A stretch of 64,000 bases of DNA from Longimicrobiales bacterium (GCA_965238005.1 OZ250165.1:384001-448000); one strand, 5' to 3'. Positions 39,088-49,953 are shown, numbered from the stretch's first letter. Notes: generated by a model not told the origin, from the sequence alone. Numbers and translations are program-made.

Positions 39088-39544
39088 GAGTGGCTCTCCC
39101 TGCTCGCTCAACAGGATGTTGCCCGGCTTGATGTCGCGGTGGACGACGCCGTGCCCGTACGCGTAGTCGAGCGCGTTGGCAACTTTCTGTGTGATCGCTA
39201 GAGTCTTGCACGGCAAGCTGCTTCTCGGGGTCGATGCGCTGCCTGAGCGACTCCCCCTCCACGTAGGGCATCACGTAGTAGAGGAAGCCGTCAGAATCCC
39301 CGGAATCGTGGAGCGGCAATATGTGCGGATGTTGCAGATTCGCGGTCGTCTTGATCTCGGCCACGAAGCGCTCGGCACCCACCACCGCAGCCAACTCGGG
39401 CTTGAGGACCTTCAGCGCGACCTTGCGCTCGTGCTTGAGGTCGTCGCCAAGGTAGACTGTCGCCATCCCGCCCTCGCCTAGCTCACGCTCGATAGCGTAG
39501 CGGCCCTCTAGGGCTGCGTTCAGGCGGACAACTGGATCGGACAT
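39088..39544 (-). pseudogene. Hanks-type Ser/Thr kinase, frameshifted and truncated
   Basis: ELGEGGMATVY, VALKVLKPEL, HPHILPLHDSG; shift near 39207; [11 protein letters not shown], then ends before DFG. Confidence 0.9.
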
Positions 39545-39550
39545 CTGGAT

Positions 39551-39721
39551 GTCCTCGGCTACGGCAGATCAGACCTGAGCAAGATCCTATGGGGGGGCCG
39601 GTAGGCGCAAGCAGAACCGTGTCAGGCGCCTGTATTCGCGTTCTGGAGCGTCTTCGGGGTGTATTCGGTATTTGGGTCCGGCTGGAGCGTGCTCGTGGCT
39701 TAGAGGGCCGTTAACGGCTCG
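39551..39721 (-). repeat. Dispersed non-coding element, copy A (upstream of kinase)
   Basis: Reverse complement aligns with 62392-62563; core 39639-39721 differs at about 11 of 83 positions by hand alignment. Confidence 0.85.
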
Positions 39722-39864
39722 CTCGCCACGGAGGAGGGTCACGCTCCAAACTCAATCACCTAGTCCGTGTTGCACTTCAAAGTTGATGCTGAGCCGCTCA
39801 ACGCCCGGGCGTGCTTTGCCGTCCAACGACTCTGCCCATCAGCTGCGGCGTGATCACTTCCCAG

Positions 39865-41139
39865 CTACGAGATCGAGATCGTGAGGATGAGCTTGCCAGC
39901 TTCACAATACAATGGCTTTTGCAAGCCCTCTCGATTACGCATCTCGGCGGCCTTCTGACGGTAGTGATCGGCTCTGACGTGATTTAATTCGGTCGCTATC
40001 CTGGCAGCGTTACGGTAGGCCTCCTCTGCCGCTTCGTAGCGGCCGCCTCGCTCAAGCGCGTCCGCAAGCCGCTCGTACCCGAACACGCGTTCAGGATATA
40101 GCTCCGTGCTGATGCGGTGCAGTTCGGCCGCACCATCGAAGTCACCCTGATCAGCCAGCTCACTGCCCATCACGGCGAGATCGATCTCCGGAAGTTTCGC
40201 AGACGGACCGTACTTAGCCTGGATCCGCTCTAAGTGGGCTCTAATGGCCGTCGGATCCGGGGATTCCCGAAGAGCCTCCGTTAACGCGATGTCGCGGAAA
40301 AGCCAACGCAATCCCCGAAACCAGCTCAACAGAACCGTGGACTCATGTTCCTCACCAGGGCCGACGTCGTGCGTCCAGCGAAGGGTTGAAGGCGCCAGCG
40401 CTTCGAGTAAGTGAACGAACCTCTGCAGTTCCATACGCATCCCGTACCCGTCGTTGCCACCGATCGTGAGGTACAAGGAGCCGTTGAATGCTGTATCCGG
40501 CGAGAGCGCCTCTGTCGCCTTTCTAAGGGTAACCTCGTCGTCGTACCACAGCGCGGGGGCGATCGCCAGATAGTTGTCGAACGCGTCGGGTTGTTCCAGC
40601 ACAGCGTTGATGGTGAAGAGGCCGCCTAGAGAATGGCCCACCAACGTCCGATGATCGTGCACCCGGTGGCGAGCTGCCACGAACGGATGCACTTCGTTCA
40701 GAATGAATTCAAGGAGCCGAGGCGCCCCGCCACTCGTGGGATTCTCACTGACATGAGTCGGAGTCATGTCTCCCATTCGGTCTTCATTAACGATGCCCAC
40801 GAATATTGCGCCTGGCATATGTGCGGTGAACTGCTGGAAAGCGACGATCCCTGCCTTGGTAAGCGTGTGCCCTGAACCGTCTGTGGTGTAGACGATGGGG
40901 TACGCATAGTCCGTGTCAGCGTAGTCGGGAGGGGTCACAACGATGATCCGCCTCTCCGTGCCGAAGACACTCGAGGACAAGGTGAACTCTGTCCCTATCT
41001 CCACCGGCCGCGATGACTGGAGGGGGCTCTGAGCTCTAGCGTGGGAGGCCGGGATGACTGACGTCAGTAGAACCGCTGATAAGATGCTGGCAGTCCGATG
41101 GTGTGCTATCAAAATGTCCTCCTTACTGATGTATACCAC
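39865..41139 (-). CDS. Secreted esterase (IroE/Fes-like alpha/beta hydrolase) with C-terminal TPR
   Basis: YPIVYTTDG, GHSLGGLF, AIAPALW, EEHES, helical tail; start uncertain. Confidence 0.82.
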   Translation of the reverse strand: MVYISKEDILIAHHRTASILSAVLLTSVIPASHARAQSPLQSSRPVEIGTEFTLSSSVFGTERRIIVVTPPDYADTDYAYPIVYTTDGSGHTLTKAGIVAFQQFTAHMPGAIFVGIVNEDRMGDMTPTHVSENPTSGGAPRLLEFILNEVHPFVAARHRVHDHRTLVGHSLGGLFTINAVLEQPDAFDNYLAIAPALWYDDEVTLRKATEALSPDTAFNGSLYLTIGGNDGYGMRMELQRFVHLLEALAPSTLRWTHDVGPGEEHESTVLLSWFRGLRWLFRDIALTEALRESPDPTAIRAHLERIQAKYGPSAKLPEIDLAVMGSELADQGDFDGAAELHRISTELYPERVFGYERLADALERGGRYEAAEEAYRNAARIATELNHVRADHYRQKAAEMRNREGLQKPLYCEAGKLILTISIS

Positions 41140-41587
41140 TGAGACGCAATCTGAGGGAAGTCAGTTGCCCGACGACGTCAAGGCTCGACGAACGGCAGAG
41201 ATGGAACGGCAGATGACGCGGGTCGCTGCCGCCGCTCTCGGTCGCCAGAAGCTGCCCAGTCTTGCCCAGGCGGGAGGCCGCTGACTCCGACTCCTCGAAG
41301 CAGTTCCGAGAGGAGCCGCTGCCAGCGTCCTGGGTTCTCCTACTCATCCCTCTCCATCTCCTCTCTCCACGTTTATCTCACGGCGCGTTCACCAGGCAGG
41401 GGATTCGCTTGCTCCTAGTCCAGAGCCAGCAGTAGAATCAGCAGCAGGTGGAAGGTAGCAACTCACCAGCCGCCCCCCTCCCGGTGGCGGAAGTGTGACG
41501 CCTCGCCGGGCGCCCGGTCGCACGCTACTTGGAAGAAACGCGGCACCAGGATGGCTCAAGGCGGCTGTGTGCTGGGCGATGGAGGTC

Positions 41588-41827
41588 ATGTTGCCGGACC
41601 AAGAACGAACCGATGAGGAACTGACGCCGCCAGAGACCTCGGGTGGTGATCATGCACACGCGGTGACGCGTGCCGGGCTATCCAGCATTCCTCTTGTAGG
41701 TGGGGCGGCGGCAGAGCTCTTCTCAGCCCTCGTGACACCGCCTCTAGAGGCCCGTCTTGAGGGGTGGAGGGAGACGGTTGGCGAAGCGCTCCAGACCATC
41801 GATGAGCCGAGAGCCCCGGACCTCTGA
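41588..41827 (+). pseudogene. Probable N-terminal remnant of a hypothetical protein
   Basis: SD GGAGG; GDHAHAVTRAGLSSIPLVGGAAAELF...PPLE; ends abruptly against the next gene. Confidence 0.5.
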
Positions 41828-41831
41828 TGCG

Positions 41832-42938
41832 ATGAAGATCACCCGGCTCTCCGCCTATCGGGTCGACCTGCCCCTCCACGAGGGCAGCTACAACTGGTCC
41901 GGGGGCAAGTCCGTCTCCGTGTTCGACAGCACGATCGTCAGGCTGGAGACCGACGAGGGCCTGGTGGGGTGGGGCGAGGTGTGCCCTCTGGGCGCCTTCT
42001 ACCTCCCGGCCTACGCCGGCGGAGTGCGGGCCGGGCTGAAGGAGTTGGGGCCCCACCTCATGGGCATGGATCCCACGGAACTCGGGAAGCTGAATCACTC
42101 CATGGATGCGGCCCTGAAGGGCCATCCCTACGTGAAGTCACCCGTGGACATGGCGTGCTGGGACATCCTGGGGAAGGTCGCGGGACAGCCCGCGTGCGTG
42201 CTCCTGGGTGGCCGCTACGGAGAGGACTTCGTGCTCTACAGGGCCATCTCCCAGGAGAGCCCCGAGGCCATGGCGGGTCGCGTGGCCGGGTACCGGGACG
42301 AGGGGTACCGCAGATTCCAGCTGAAGGTCGGCGCGGACCCCGAGGAGGACATCGAGCGGATCCGGGCCGTCGCCGCAGTGCTCGAGCGGGGCGACGTCCT
42401 CATCGCCGACGCCAACACCGGCTGGCTGCCCCACGCCGCCGCCAGGGTGGTGCGGGGCGTCCGTGACGTGGATGTCTACATTGAGCAGCCCTGCCTGAGC
42501 TACGAGGAGTGTCTCTCCATCAGGCGGCGTACCGACCACCCCTTCGTGCTGGACGAGAGCATCGACGGGATGGAAGCCCTCCTGCGGGGTCATGCCGACC
42601 TGGCCATGGACGTGGTCAACATCAAGATCAGCAAGTTCGGTGGCCTCACGAAGGCCAGGCAGGCCAGGGACCTGTGCACGTCCATGGGGATCGCCATGAC
42701 CCTGGAGGACTCCTGGGGTGGCGACGTCACGACGGCCGCCATCGCCCATCTGGCCCACAGCACCTTACCGGAGTTCTTGTTCACCGCCACGGACTTCAAC
42801 AGCTACGTCACGGTGAGCACGGCAGACGGTGCGCCCCAGCGCCAGGACGGCCGCATGAGAGCGTCCGAGTCGCCGGGCCTCGGCGTGGAGCCCCGCCCCG
42901 ACGTCCTGGGCGAGGCGCTCGTGGACGTGAGCGCCTGA
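41832..42938 (+). CDS. Enolase-superfamily enzyme, cis-3-hydroxy-L-proline dehydratase/hydroxyproline-betaine epimerase-like
   Basis: MKIT...[53 protein letters not shown]. Confidence 0.8.
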   Translation: MKITRLSAYRVDLPLHEGSYNWSGGKSVSVFDSTIVRLETDEGLVGWGEVCPLGAFYLPAYAGGVRAGLKELGPHLMGMDPTELGKLNHSMDAALKGHPYVKSPVDMACWDILGKVAGQPACVLLGGRYGEDFVLYRAISQESPEAMAGRVAGYRDEGYRRFQLKVGADPEEDIERIRAVAAVLERGDVLIADANTGWLPHAAARVVRGVRDVDVYIEQPCLSYEECLSIRRRTDHPFVLDESIDGMEALLRGHADLAMDVVNIKISKFGGLTKARQARDLCTSMGIAMTLEDSWGGDVTTAAIAHLAHSTLPEFLFTATDFNSYVTVSTADGAPQRQDGRMRASESPGLGVEPRPDVLGEALVDVSA

Positions 42939-43050
42939 CGGTGCCCGTGACTATGGTGCCCCGGATGTCTGAAGCCGGCAACCGCGAGAAGGACAGGGGG
43001 TACTTCGCCGGCCGCATCTGGCACGGGCTCTTCACACGAAAGGACTCGAC

Positions 43051-43449
43051 GTGAACGTCGATAGCATTCTGATCGCGGAGTACGCCACTGTAGACCCGGG
43101 CGGACGCCTGACCGTCGTGAACGCGTTCAACCGCCTCTCGGGTCCAGGTCCCCAGTGGGGAATGCCAGTCCTTGCTATTCCACTCGTGATCCACGGCCAT
43201 TCCGAGGAAGCGGAAACCGAACATGAAGGCAAGATCAAGCTCATCGACGCAGAGCGCACAGTGAAGCAGGAGATCGACTTCTCCTTTCGCTTTCCTGAGG
43301 CCAGCGTACCCGGGCTCCCGGTCAAGCACATCGGGAACATCATGATCTTCGGAGCAACATTTGACGCGCCCGGGCTCTACGCGTTCGAGGTCTACATCGA
43401 CGATATCTACATGGCGGCGGCCTCTATGGTGATCCAGCAGACGGGCTAA
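43051..43449 (+). CDS. DUF6941-like beta-rich protein
   Basis: ILIAEYA...GRLTVVNAFN...FDAPGLYAFEVYID. Confidence 0.6.
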   Translation: MNVDSILIAEYATVDPGGRLTVVNAFNRLSGPGPQWGMPVLAIPLVIHGHSEEAETEHEGKIKLIDAERTVKQEIDFSFRFPEASVPGLPVKHIGNIMIFGATFDAPGLYAFEVYIDDIYMAAASMVIQQTG

Positions 43450-43454
43450 CGTCG

Positions 43455-43718
43455 ATGGCGTCTCCTGCCGATCTTTTGGAGACAGTCCGTGTCTCTCCCT
43501 ATGATCGAGAGCCAAGGGAGATCGAACGCATCTTGACGTTCTTCGGATTCGGGAAGAAGGAAGGCCGTTCTCACACGATCTACATACACGAACAATTCCC
43601 GGATATCCGCGTAACAGTACCCCGTCATCGCGTTCTCAGGGCGTATGTGGCGCGGAGGGTGGTTGCTGCCATAGATTTGGTAGAGGAGAGGAGCGCAGCG
43701 AATGCAGACGACAAGTAG
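43455..43718 (+). CDS. hicA: HicA-family toxin
   Basis: IERILTFFGFGKKEGRSHTIY.H...VTVPRHRVLRAYV. Confidence 0.8.
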   Translation: MASPADLLETVRVSPYDREPREIERILTFFGFGKKEGRSHTIYIHEQFPDIRVTVPRHRVLRAYVARRVVAAIDLVEERSAANADDK

Positions 43719-44130
43719 GGATCTCCGGTACTACCGTGGTCTTCCGTACACTCGCCGAGTCAGACTTGAACGGGATGACGGTGGTGACTATTTCGTCGCC
43801 TATGTGGTGGAGTTGAGTGGCCTTGAGTCCGATGGCCTCACTGAAGCCGAGGCGCGCTACAACCTCCAGGCTGCATTCGATGACTACATCGAGGCGTTGC
43901 TCGAGGAGGGCATCACGATATCTGAGCCGAAGCGATGGCCGGCCTCGGTGGCGAAAAAAGGAATGCGACGGGGGCAGATGGCATCGGCGATCCGGCGCTT
44001 TATCCGGCGGCGCACCGGGTCCTCCGACGAGACTGTTTCGTTTGATCAGCACCTGACAGGGATGCCGGCGGAGGACTGGCTCCAGGCGGAGCCCGATGCA
44101 GAGACCAGCGGAGAGATGGCGCACGCATAA
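43702..44130 (+). CDS. hicB: HicB-family antitoxin
   Basis: YYRGLPY...YFVAYVVELSGLESDGLTEAEARYNLQAAF...GITISEP; overlaps hicA. Confidence 0.82.
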   Translation: MQTTSRDLRYYRGLPYTRRVRLERDDGGDYFVAYVVELSGLESDGLTEAEARYNLQAAFDDYIEALLEEGITISEPKRWPASVAKKGMRRGQMASAIRRFIRRRTGSSDETVSFDQHLTGMPAEDWLQAEPDAETSGEMAHA

Positions 44131-44450
44131 TCTGTGTCCCGATTGTGGGTAGTGGGTCAGTTTGAATTAGACGTGCCCCCAAACCAAAAGAACCTGCCAG
44201 GATTCGTCTAGTCCCGGTCAGGTTCTCCGCAGCGCGTCTAAGCCACTTCCGAATTTCCAATTTGGTTTATTGGCCCGGCTCATGTCAAATACTTGGGACC
44301 AGGCCAGAAGGTTCCTAATCTGAACCCTGGTTGTCCGACCCACCCTCGCGTTTGGTGAGCCACATCCAGGTGGTGATCCCCGCTACCACTAACGCGAAGA
44401 GCCACCCCATGAGGGCGGCGAAAGGAGTGGAGGAGGCGTTGGAGGGATGC

Positions 44451-44969
44451 CTACTCGCCCTCGGGCCCTGAGGGAAAGGTGATCGAACCGTGCTCGTTCG
44501 CGTCCCTCATGAAGAGCCCGATGTCTTCGCCGAGAGCGCGGAGCTCGTCGCCGAGCGTGTTGAGCTCGCTTGCGTCCACCTCTTCTTGAGCCACCTGGAG
44601 CTTACCCTTCCGGACGGTGAACTTGATACGCATCGATGACGTCTCGTCCGGATGCGCTGGTGCAGTCCATGCCGAGTGGAACAGGGCGTTGCGCCGCTGC
44701 TCAGCTTTCTGAGCACGTTTGACGAGATCCCTGAGTCGGGCGCGTAGGTCGGAGTCGGTCTCGCGGATTTCAAAAAGAGCCAGGCAGACGCGGCACAACT
44801 TCCCGAAGGGGAGCTGGGAGGTGAGCACTGGTCCGACATCTTGGCCAGCACCGATCAGCTGCCACGTGAGAAATGCGATGTGTATCTCACATGCCTGAAA
44901 GTTGACGATGACCCGGCCGAGGGCTCTGAGCTGCTCGTCGTGCATGGCGCGAAAGATCGCCTGATGCAC
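44451..44969 (-). CDS. Hypothetical helical protein with an R-x4-H (HEPN-like) motif
   Basis: ALGRVIVNFQACE...RRNALFHSAW. Confidence 0.55.
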   Translation of the reverse strand: MHQAIFRAMHDEQLRALGRVIVNFQACEIHIAFLTWQLIGAGQDVGPVLTSQLPFGKLCRVCLALFEIRETDSDLRARLRDLVKRAQKAEQRRNALFHSAWTAPAHPDETSSMRIKFTVRKGKLQVAQEEVDASELNTLGDELRALGEDIGLFMRDANEHGSITFPSGPEGE

Positions 44970-45648
44970 GAGGCCGGTCCAGCACGCTGCATGTGCGCCG
45001 TTTGTGCGCCGCGAGGTGGCGAAAGGCGGCGAAGACGAGAGGGGTGGGGGTGGGGCGTGGGAACAAACACAGGAGAGGGGGCCGCGAATGTGGTATTGTC
45101 TAAAGAGAGACGACTTGAGGGAGGCTGATCCGCCTTACGGAATGCAGTTGGGGCGGTGGTATGAGGACACCCGGGGGGCAGACATGGAGGGAGATGTGCC
45201 TACCGCATTTCTCAACATCGACGGGATCGAGACTTCCGTTCCGCGGCACGAGCTTATGTTCGCGGAGAAGAAGCCCGACTACTCATTCAACTACGTACCG
45301 GGGTTCGTACCCCCAGCCCCAGCAGGGCCCAGGAGATGGCATGGATGCCCATTTGCCCCGAAGGCCACCGAGGTGAGTCCAAGTCGCCGGAGCCGGCGGA
45401 GCACGCTTGTGGTGACTGTGGACGCACGTATCCAGTCCAGGGCGAGGATTCCGCCTTGGTGCAGCGGGGGTAGGAAAACATTCAGGGCAGTGAGCCGGCT
45501 CCCTCACCTCTTTGGCAACGGCTTTGGCAACGCACCCCTTGAAAAGCACGCAAACCAGCGCAACCACCTGAGAACGGCCCCCGCCGAAAGCCCGCGCCGC
45601 GCAACGCAATAGAGCCAGGCGCAACCAGACGCAAAACCCTGCGAGGAA

Positions 45649-45702
45649 CTCGAAAACCGGCGCCCGTGAGGGTGTGTGGGTTCGAATCCCACCGGCTCCG
45701 CT
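45649..45702 (+). repeat. tRNA-Ser(CGA) 3' fragment 1 (att site)
   Basis: CTCGAAAACCGG, variable arm, GTGGGTTCGAATCCCAC, CGGCTCCG; no 5' half or D arm. Confidence 0.85.
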
Positions 45703-45822
45703 TTATAAGACAACGACTTACGGCGTTGGTGAGTCGGCGAGGGGTAGGGTGGAGGATGGGAAGTTACCCAACATCGAGACGAAGGGCGTTCCACAGCACT
45801 GGTCTCCCGGCGCGGGGAGCGA

Positions 45823-47163
45823 CTAGAACGCCCACCAAAGACGGAGTCCGACGAGTCGCTGGTCCCCGTCGTCCGCCTCGGCCTGAATTTGCTGGTAGGC
45901 AGACAGCAACAGCCCGGCGTTCCGCGCCACTCGATACCCCACGGACCCCTCGTAGCGGTACACGTCGTGGTCCCAATCAGCCGTGCCGTCCGGCAGGGGT
46001 GAGGCGCCACCCAACCCGTCATCGATGGCCCGGAAGTCGATCAGGCCACCGCGCACGGCAGCGAAGAAGCCGGCCGCCAGGTCCCGCTGCACCTCCAGGC
46101 TGATGCTGACGTCCATAGGCGTGCCAACGACATTCGGCACCCTCCAACGGTCAACGAGCGCCTCCACCCGTACCATCGTCGGCCCGCGCTCGAAGCTGAT
46201 ATCCGCGGAGAACAACTCCTGATCGAACTCGCGCCGTGCTGGTGCTTCGGTACCGGGGGGGGAACCTGGTGGCGGCTGGATCGTGCCGCCGATGATGTCC
46301 TCCATCCACGGACCTCGATTGTACGCGATGCCGATTTCCAGTGAAGCGGACGGTCTCTTGCGCGCGCCCACGACCCAAGAGGGGCGCTCGAACCGATTCC
46401 ATTCGAACCTCCAGGACTTGGGCCCACTCGATGGCGCACTGTTCATAGCGGCAGCACGGAGATCGACGGGGCCGAGCCTGCCGAACACCATCAGGCCCCA
46501 CTGATACGGCACGTCCCACACCGGAGGTGCCCCGGGCCGGTCGACATCCTCCGGTGCATCCTTCCAGTACAAGAAGTCCTGAGCGTCCATGGGCACGCGC
46601 TGACGATTCATCACGGTTCGGTATTCGTAGGCGAGCGGCGGCCCGAGGAAGTAATCGACCGTCGAGAGGTGCCAGGTCGGGTACGCACCAAACGGTGTTG
46701 CGAAGCGGCCGGCCTGAACGCCCGCGGCCCATGAGCCGCTCACGAGCCTCACATAAGCCTGCTTGACTTCAGACCGCGGCGAGCCGTCCACCGCATCCGA
46801 CCCACCGTCGCTTCGGAGCTCGAAATGGGAATAGAGGTGATCTCCGAGGAACAGGTCTGCGAAGACCCGAAGCCGGTGCGTACCAAGCGCGCCCTCGGCT
46901 CGTCGAAGCTGTCTCGCGACGTTGACATGACAGGTCTCACAATCCGAGCTGGAAGGCGTCGTTTCCCACGGACGAGTGACGTGCATTCCCTCTAGATCTA
47001 GCTGGCCCGACAGTGACACTTGAAAGCCGCCAGAGCTCGAGAGGTACTCGGCACCGAGGGTGGGGAACTCGGGGAGCTGCGCGGTGGCCGCCGAGGATAG
47101 CGCTGCTCCCGAGACCAGCCACACACAAAGTGCCGAGGGAATGCGGGTCAGCCGCCGCCTCAC
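45823..47163 (-). CDS. Putative outer-membrane beta-barrel protein with a CxxCH motif
   Basis: Signal peptide (SSAATAQ), VKQAYVR, AGRFATPFG, C-terminal LRLWWAF; DCETCHV near the N-terminus. Confidence 0.7.
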   Translation of the reverse strand: MRRRLTRIPSALCVWLVSGAALSSAATAQLPEFPTLGAEYLSSSGGFQVSLSGQLDLEGMHVTRPWETTPSSSDCETCHVNVARQLRRAEGALGTHRLRVFADLFLGDHLYSHFELRSDGGSDAVDGSPRSEVKQAYVRLVSGSWAAGVQAGRFATPFGAYPTWHLSTVDYFLGPPLAYEYRTVMNRQRVPMDAQDFLYWKDAPEDVDRPGAPPVWDVPYQWGLMVFGRLGPVDLRAAAMNSAPSSGPKSWRFEWNRFERPSWVVGARKRPSASLEIGIAYNRGPWMEDIIGGTIQPPPGSPPGTEAPARREFDQELFSADISFERGPTMVRVEALVDRWRVPNVVGTPMDVSISLEVQRDLAAGFFAAVRGGLIDFRAIDDGLGGASPLPDGTADWDHDVYRYEGSVGYRVARNAGLLLSAYQQIQAEADDGDQRLVGLRLWWAF

Positions 47164-47506
47164 GGTAGGGTCGTCCCGGCCACTCCTAGGCAGGCTTTGT
47201 CGTCGTCCGTCGTGCGCGGCATCACCCGCCTTTCGAATGGGCCACTCCCCTCAAGCCACCGGGACGCTGCCTTCCCTTGTGGGTCTCGCTCCGTCAACAT
47301 GACGATATTACTGAGTCTCAGATGCGTTCGCATCTGTGAGTAGTTTTTGTTCACGAAACCGTTTTCTAACAGGCCTCGCCCGAGGTCTTTCGTCAGATTA
47401 CGCTAAATCCGATCCCGGCGGCCTACACCGGATGGGTCGAACGGTGCCGGGTCCGAACGACGCGGTAATCCTGGCACGGCCCCCGATCTGGTGGCATCTT
47501 GGCCCC

Positions 47507-48211
47507 ATGCATGCTGAGACTACCCGCCTCACGGCCGTCGCCTCCGGCGGCCGCCGAGGAGTGATCACCCTCCTTGGGTTGACTCTGGGGGTGTTGCCCG
47601 CTGCACCGTTGTCGGGCGCATGGCTGCAGGCTGGAGCGGGCGTGGTGTCTGGCACGGTCGAGTTGAACCTTCGTCCTCCGCGGCGGCAGGCCAACCGCTA
47701 CCCGAGCGGCAAGGTCGGGGCGGCCAAGCTAATCCAGCAGCTCCCCCCCGTCGTGTACCTGAGAGGTGACGGCCTGCCCGACGGCGCCGCCTCACTGGAG
47801 ACGATCGCACAACAAGACACGGCCTTCCTGCCCTCTGTTCTCGCGGTTCCCCTCGGATCGACGGTGGCCTTCGAGAATCGCGACGACTTTTTCCACAACG
47901 TCTTCTCCTACTCCACGTTCAAGAGATTCGACCTGGGGCGTTATCCCAAGGGCCAGTCCAAGTCCGTGACCTTCGACGAGCCTGGGATCGTCAAGATCTA
48001 CTGCGAGGTCCACGACTTCATGCGGGCCACGGTCTTGGTGCTCGACCACGCCTATCACTCCACGGTGGCCGAGGACGGATCGTTCTTGATCGCGGGTGTG
48101 CCTCCCGGTGAATACGAGCTGGTGGCGTGGCATGTCGATCTGAAAGAGCAGGTCGTCTCGGTCTCCGTGGCATCTGGCCAGACGTCGAAGGTAGAGCTGA
48201 CCCTGCGGTGA
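47507..48211 (+). CDS. Secreted cupredoxin-like/carboxypeptidase-regulatory-domain protein
   Basis: FENRDDFFHNVFS, FDLGRYPKG, PGIVKIYCEVHDFM (H/C/H/M ligand set), GVPPGEY. Confidence 0.8.
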   Translation: MHAETTRLTAVASGGRRGVITLLGLTLGVLPAAPLSGAWLQAGAGVVSGTVELNLRPPRRQANRYPSGKVGAAKLIQQLPPVVYLRGDGLPDGAASLETIAQQDTAFLPSVLAVPLGSTVAFENRDDFFHNVFSYSTFKRFDLGRYPKGQSKSVTFDEPGIVKIYCEVHDFMRATVLVLDHAYHSTVAEDGSFLIAGVPPGEYELVAWHVDLKEQVVSVSVASGQTSKVELTLR

Positions 48212-49953
48212 GTGACCCTGCCGCCGGGCCCCACGTTCGTTGGCGGGAGAGCTTCGGCGCGAAGGTCGCGGCGGCGGTCCTCGGGACGGTGGCGCTCGTC
48301 CTCGGCGGTACGCTGCTGGCGGTTCGGCTCGAAACGGAGCGTCAGGTCGTCGACGTCACCAGAGAAGCCACGGAACGTTCCCGAGCCGCCTTCGCCGAGA
48401 TCGTTCGGCTTCAGGAGGAACGGCTCAGCGACATCCTGGATCCGATCACGGGGTCGCGACGAACCCTGGCCGCTCTCGAGGCGGCTCTGGAGGCGAGCGA
48501 TCCGGACCTTCTCATGCAGGAGATCGGATATGACCTGGATCTGGCCGACGCGGGCGATCTCGCCCTTACGGCGTTCACGGACGGGTACGGAGATCCTGTC
48601 GTCACCGTTGTGGAAGGGGAGAGCCTCACCGGAGATGAACCCGCCGGCCTGTCGTCGCTCGTCGAGCGGATCATGGACGGTGAAGCCGAGACGATGGGCT
48701 TCCAACTGGTCGGTGATCGTCTGTACATGATCGAGGCTCGGGCGCTGGAGCTCGGCACTCGGTTCGTGGGGACGGCGGCGTTCGGCGTTCGCGTCGACGA
48801 CGACGTGGCCGTGCAGCTCGTCCGCATCGCGGGGGGTGAGGTCTGTTTCGTGGTTGAGGGACGATGCGTAGCGGGCACTCCGAATGCCCTCGATCGGTTG
48901 GGGCCCACTCTCGTGGCCGCGGCCGGAGTGGCGTCGATGGAGCAGGTCGACGCTCTCGGCGAGCCGTGGGGAGTGATCAGCGACCCCCTCAATGACGTCG
49001 TTCAGGAGTCGGGATGGCGAGTCATCGCCGTCCCCCTCGGCCCTGTTCTCGAGCCCTTCGATCGCATATCACGCGCGCTCACGCTGAGCGGCTTGCTTGC
49101 CCTGCTCTGCGCGTCCTTGGCGAGCCTGTTCCTGTCCAGGGGGTTGGCCGGTCCGGTACGCTCGCTGATGGAGGCCGCCGGTCGTGTGGCCCACGGCGAC
49201 TATCAAGCGAGCGTCGAGGTGCAGGGCCGCGACGAGCTGGGCCGGCTCGCCGCGTCGTTCAACGAGATGACGGCCGGGCTCCGCCTGAAGGAGCAGTACC
49301 GAGGTGTCCTGAACAAGGTCGTCTCCAAGGACGTAGCCGAGGAGCTCCTCCGGGGTGACATCGAGCTCGGCGGTGAGACGCGCGAGGTCTCCGTGCTCTT
49401 TGCCGACGTCCGTGGGTTCACGGCGCTGACCGAAGGGATGTCTCCGCAGGCCGTGATCGCCCTCATCAACTCGTGTATGGAGCGCATGAGCGAGGCCGTG
49501 GAGATCGAGGGAGGAGTCGTGGACAAATACGTGGGAGACGAGCTCATGGCTGTGTTCGGGGCTCCCATCTCACGTGGGGACGACGCGGGACGGGCGGTCC
49601 GGGCCGCCGTCCGGATCCAAGTCTCGTTGAAGGATCTCAACCGCATCCGAGCCTCACAGGGGCTGAAGCCGCTCGGCGTCGGGGTCGGCATCAGCACTGG
49701 AGAGGCGGTCGCCGGTAACATGGGATCGACGAACCGCCTCAACTACACCGTGCTCGGCGAGGCCGTCAACCTGGCCTCGCGTATCTGCTCGTCCACGCCC
49801 GCCGGAGAAGTCCGCGTATCGGGCGAGACCGTTGCTCGAATGGGCAACAGGGTGTCCGCCGAGTCCCTGGAGCCTCAGCGGTTCAAGGGATTCTCCAAGG
49901 ACGTCACGATCTACCGTATCGACGCCGAAGCAACCATGAGGGGGGTGGAGTGA
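48208..49953 (+). CDS. Membrane HAMP-domain class III adenylate/guanylate cyclase
   Basis: Two TM, HAMP (DELGRLAASFNEM), LFADVRGFT, DKYVGD, YTVLGEAVNLASR; GTGA overlap with the upstream gene. Confidence 0.92.
   Translation: MSDPAAGPHVRWRESFGAKVAAAVLGTVALVLGGTLLAVRLETERQVVDVTREATERSRAAFAEIVRLQEERLSDILDPITGSRRTLAALEAALEASDPDLLMQEIGYDLDLADAGDLALTAFTDGYGDPVVTVVEGESLTGDEPAGLSSLVERIMDGEAETMGFQLVGDRLYMIEARALELGTRFVGTAAFGVRVDDDVAVQLVRIAGGEVCFVVEGRCVAGTPNALDRLGPTLVAAAGVASMEQVDALGEPWGVISDPLNDVVQESGWRVIAVPLGPVLEPFDRISRALTLSGLLALLCASLASLFLSRGLAGPVRSLMEAAGRVAHGDYQASVEVQGRDELGRLAASFNEMTAGLRLKEQYRGVLNKVVSKDVAEELLRGDIELGGETREVSVLFADVRGFTALTEGMSPQAVIALINSCMERMSEAVEIEGGVVDKYVGDELMAVFGAPISRGDDAGRAVRAAVRIQVSLKDLNRIRASQGLKPLGVGVGISTGEAVAGNMGSTNRLNYTVLGEAVNLASRICSSTPAGEVRVSGETVARMGNRVSAESLEPQRFKGFSKDVTIYRIDAEATMRGVE

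Noticed and set aside
39820..39860. Integron attC-like half site (GTCCAAC...CATCAGCTGCGG), with a similar patch near 44990
   Set aside because: No complementary half and no integron integrase
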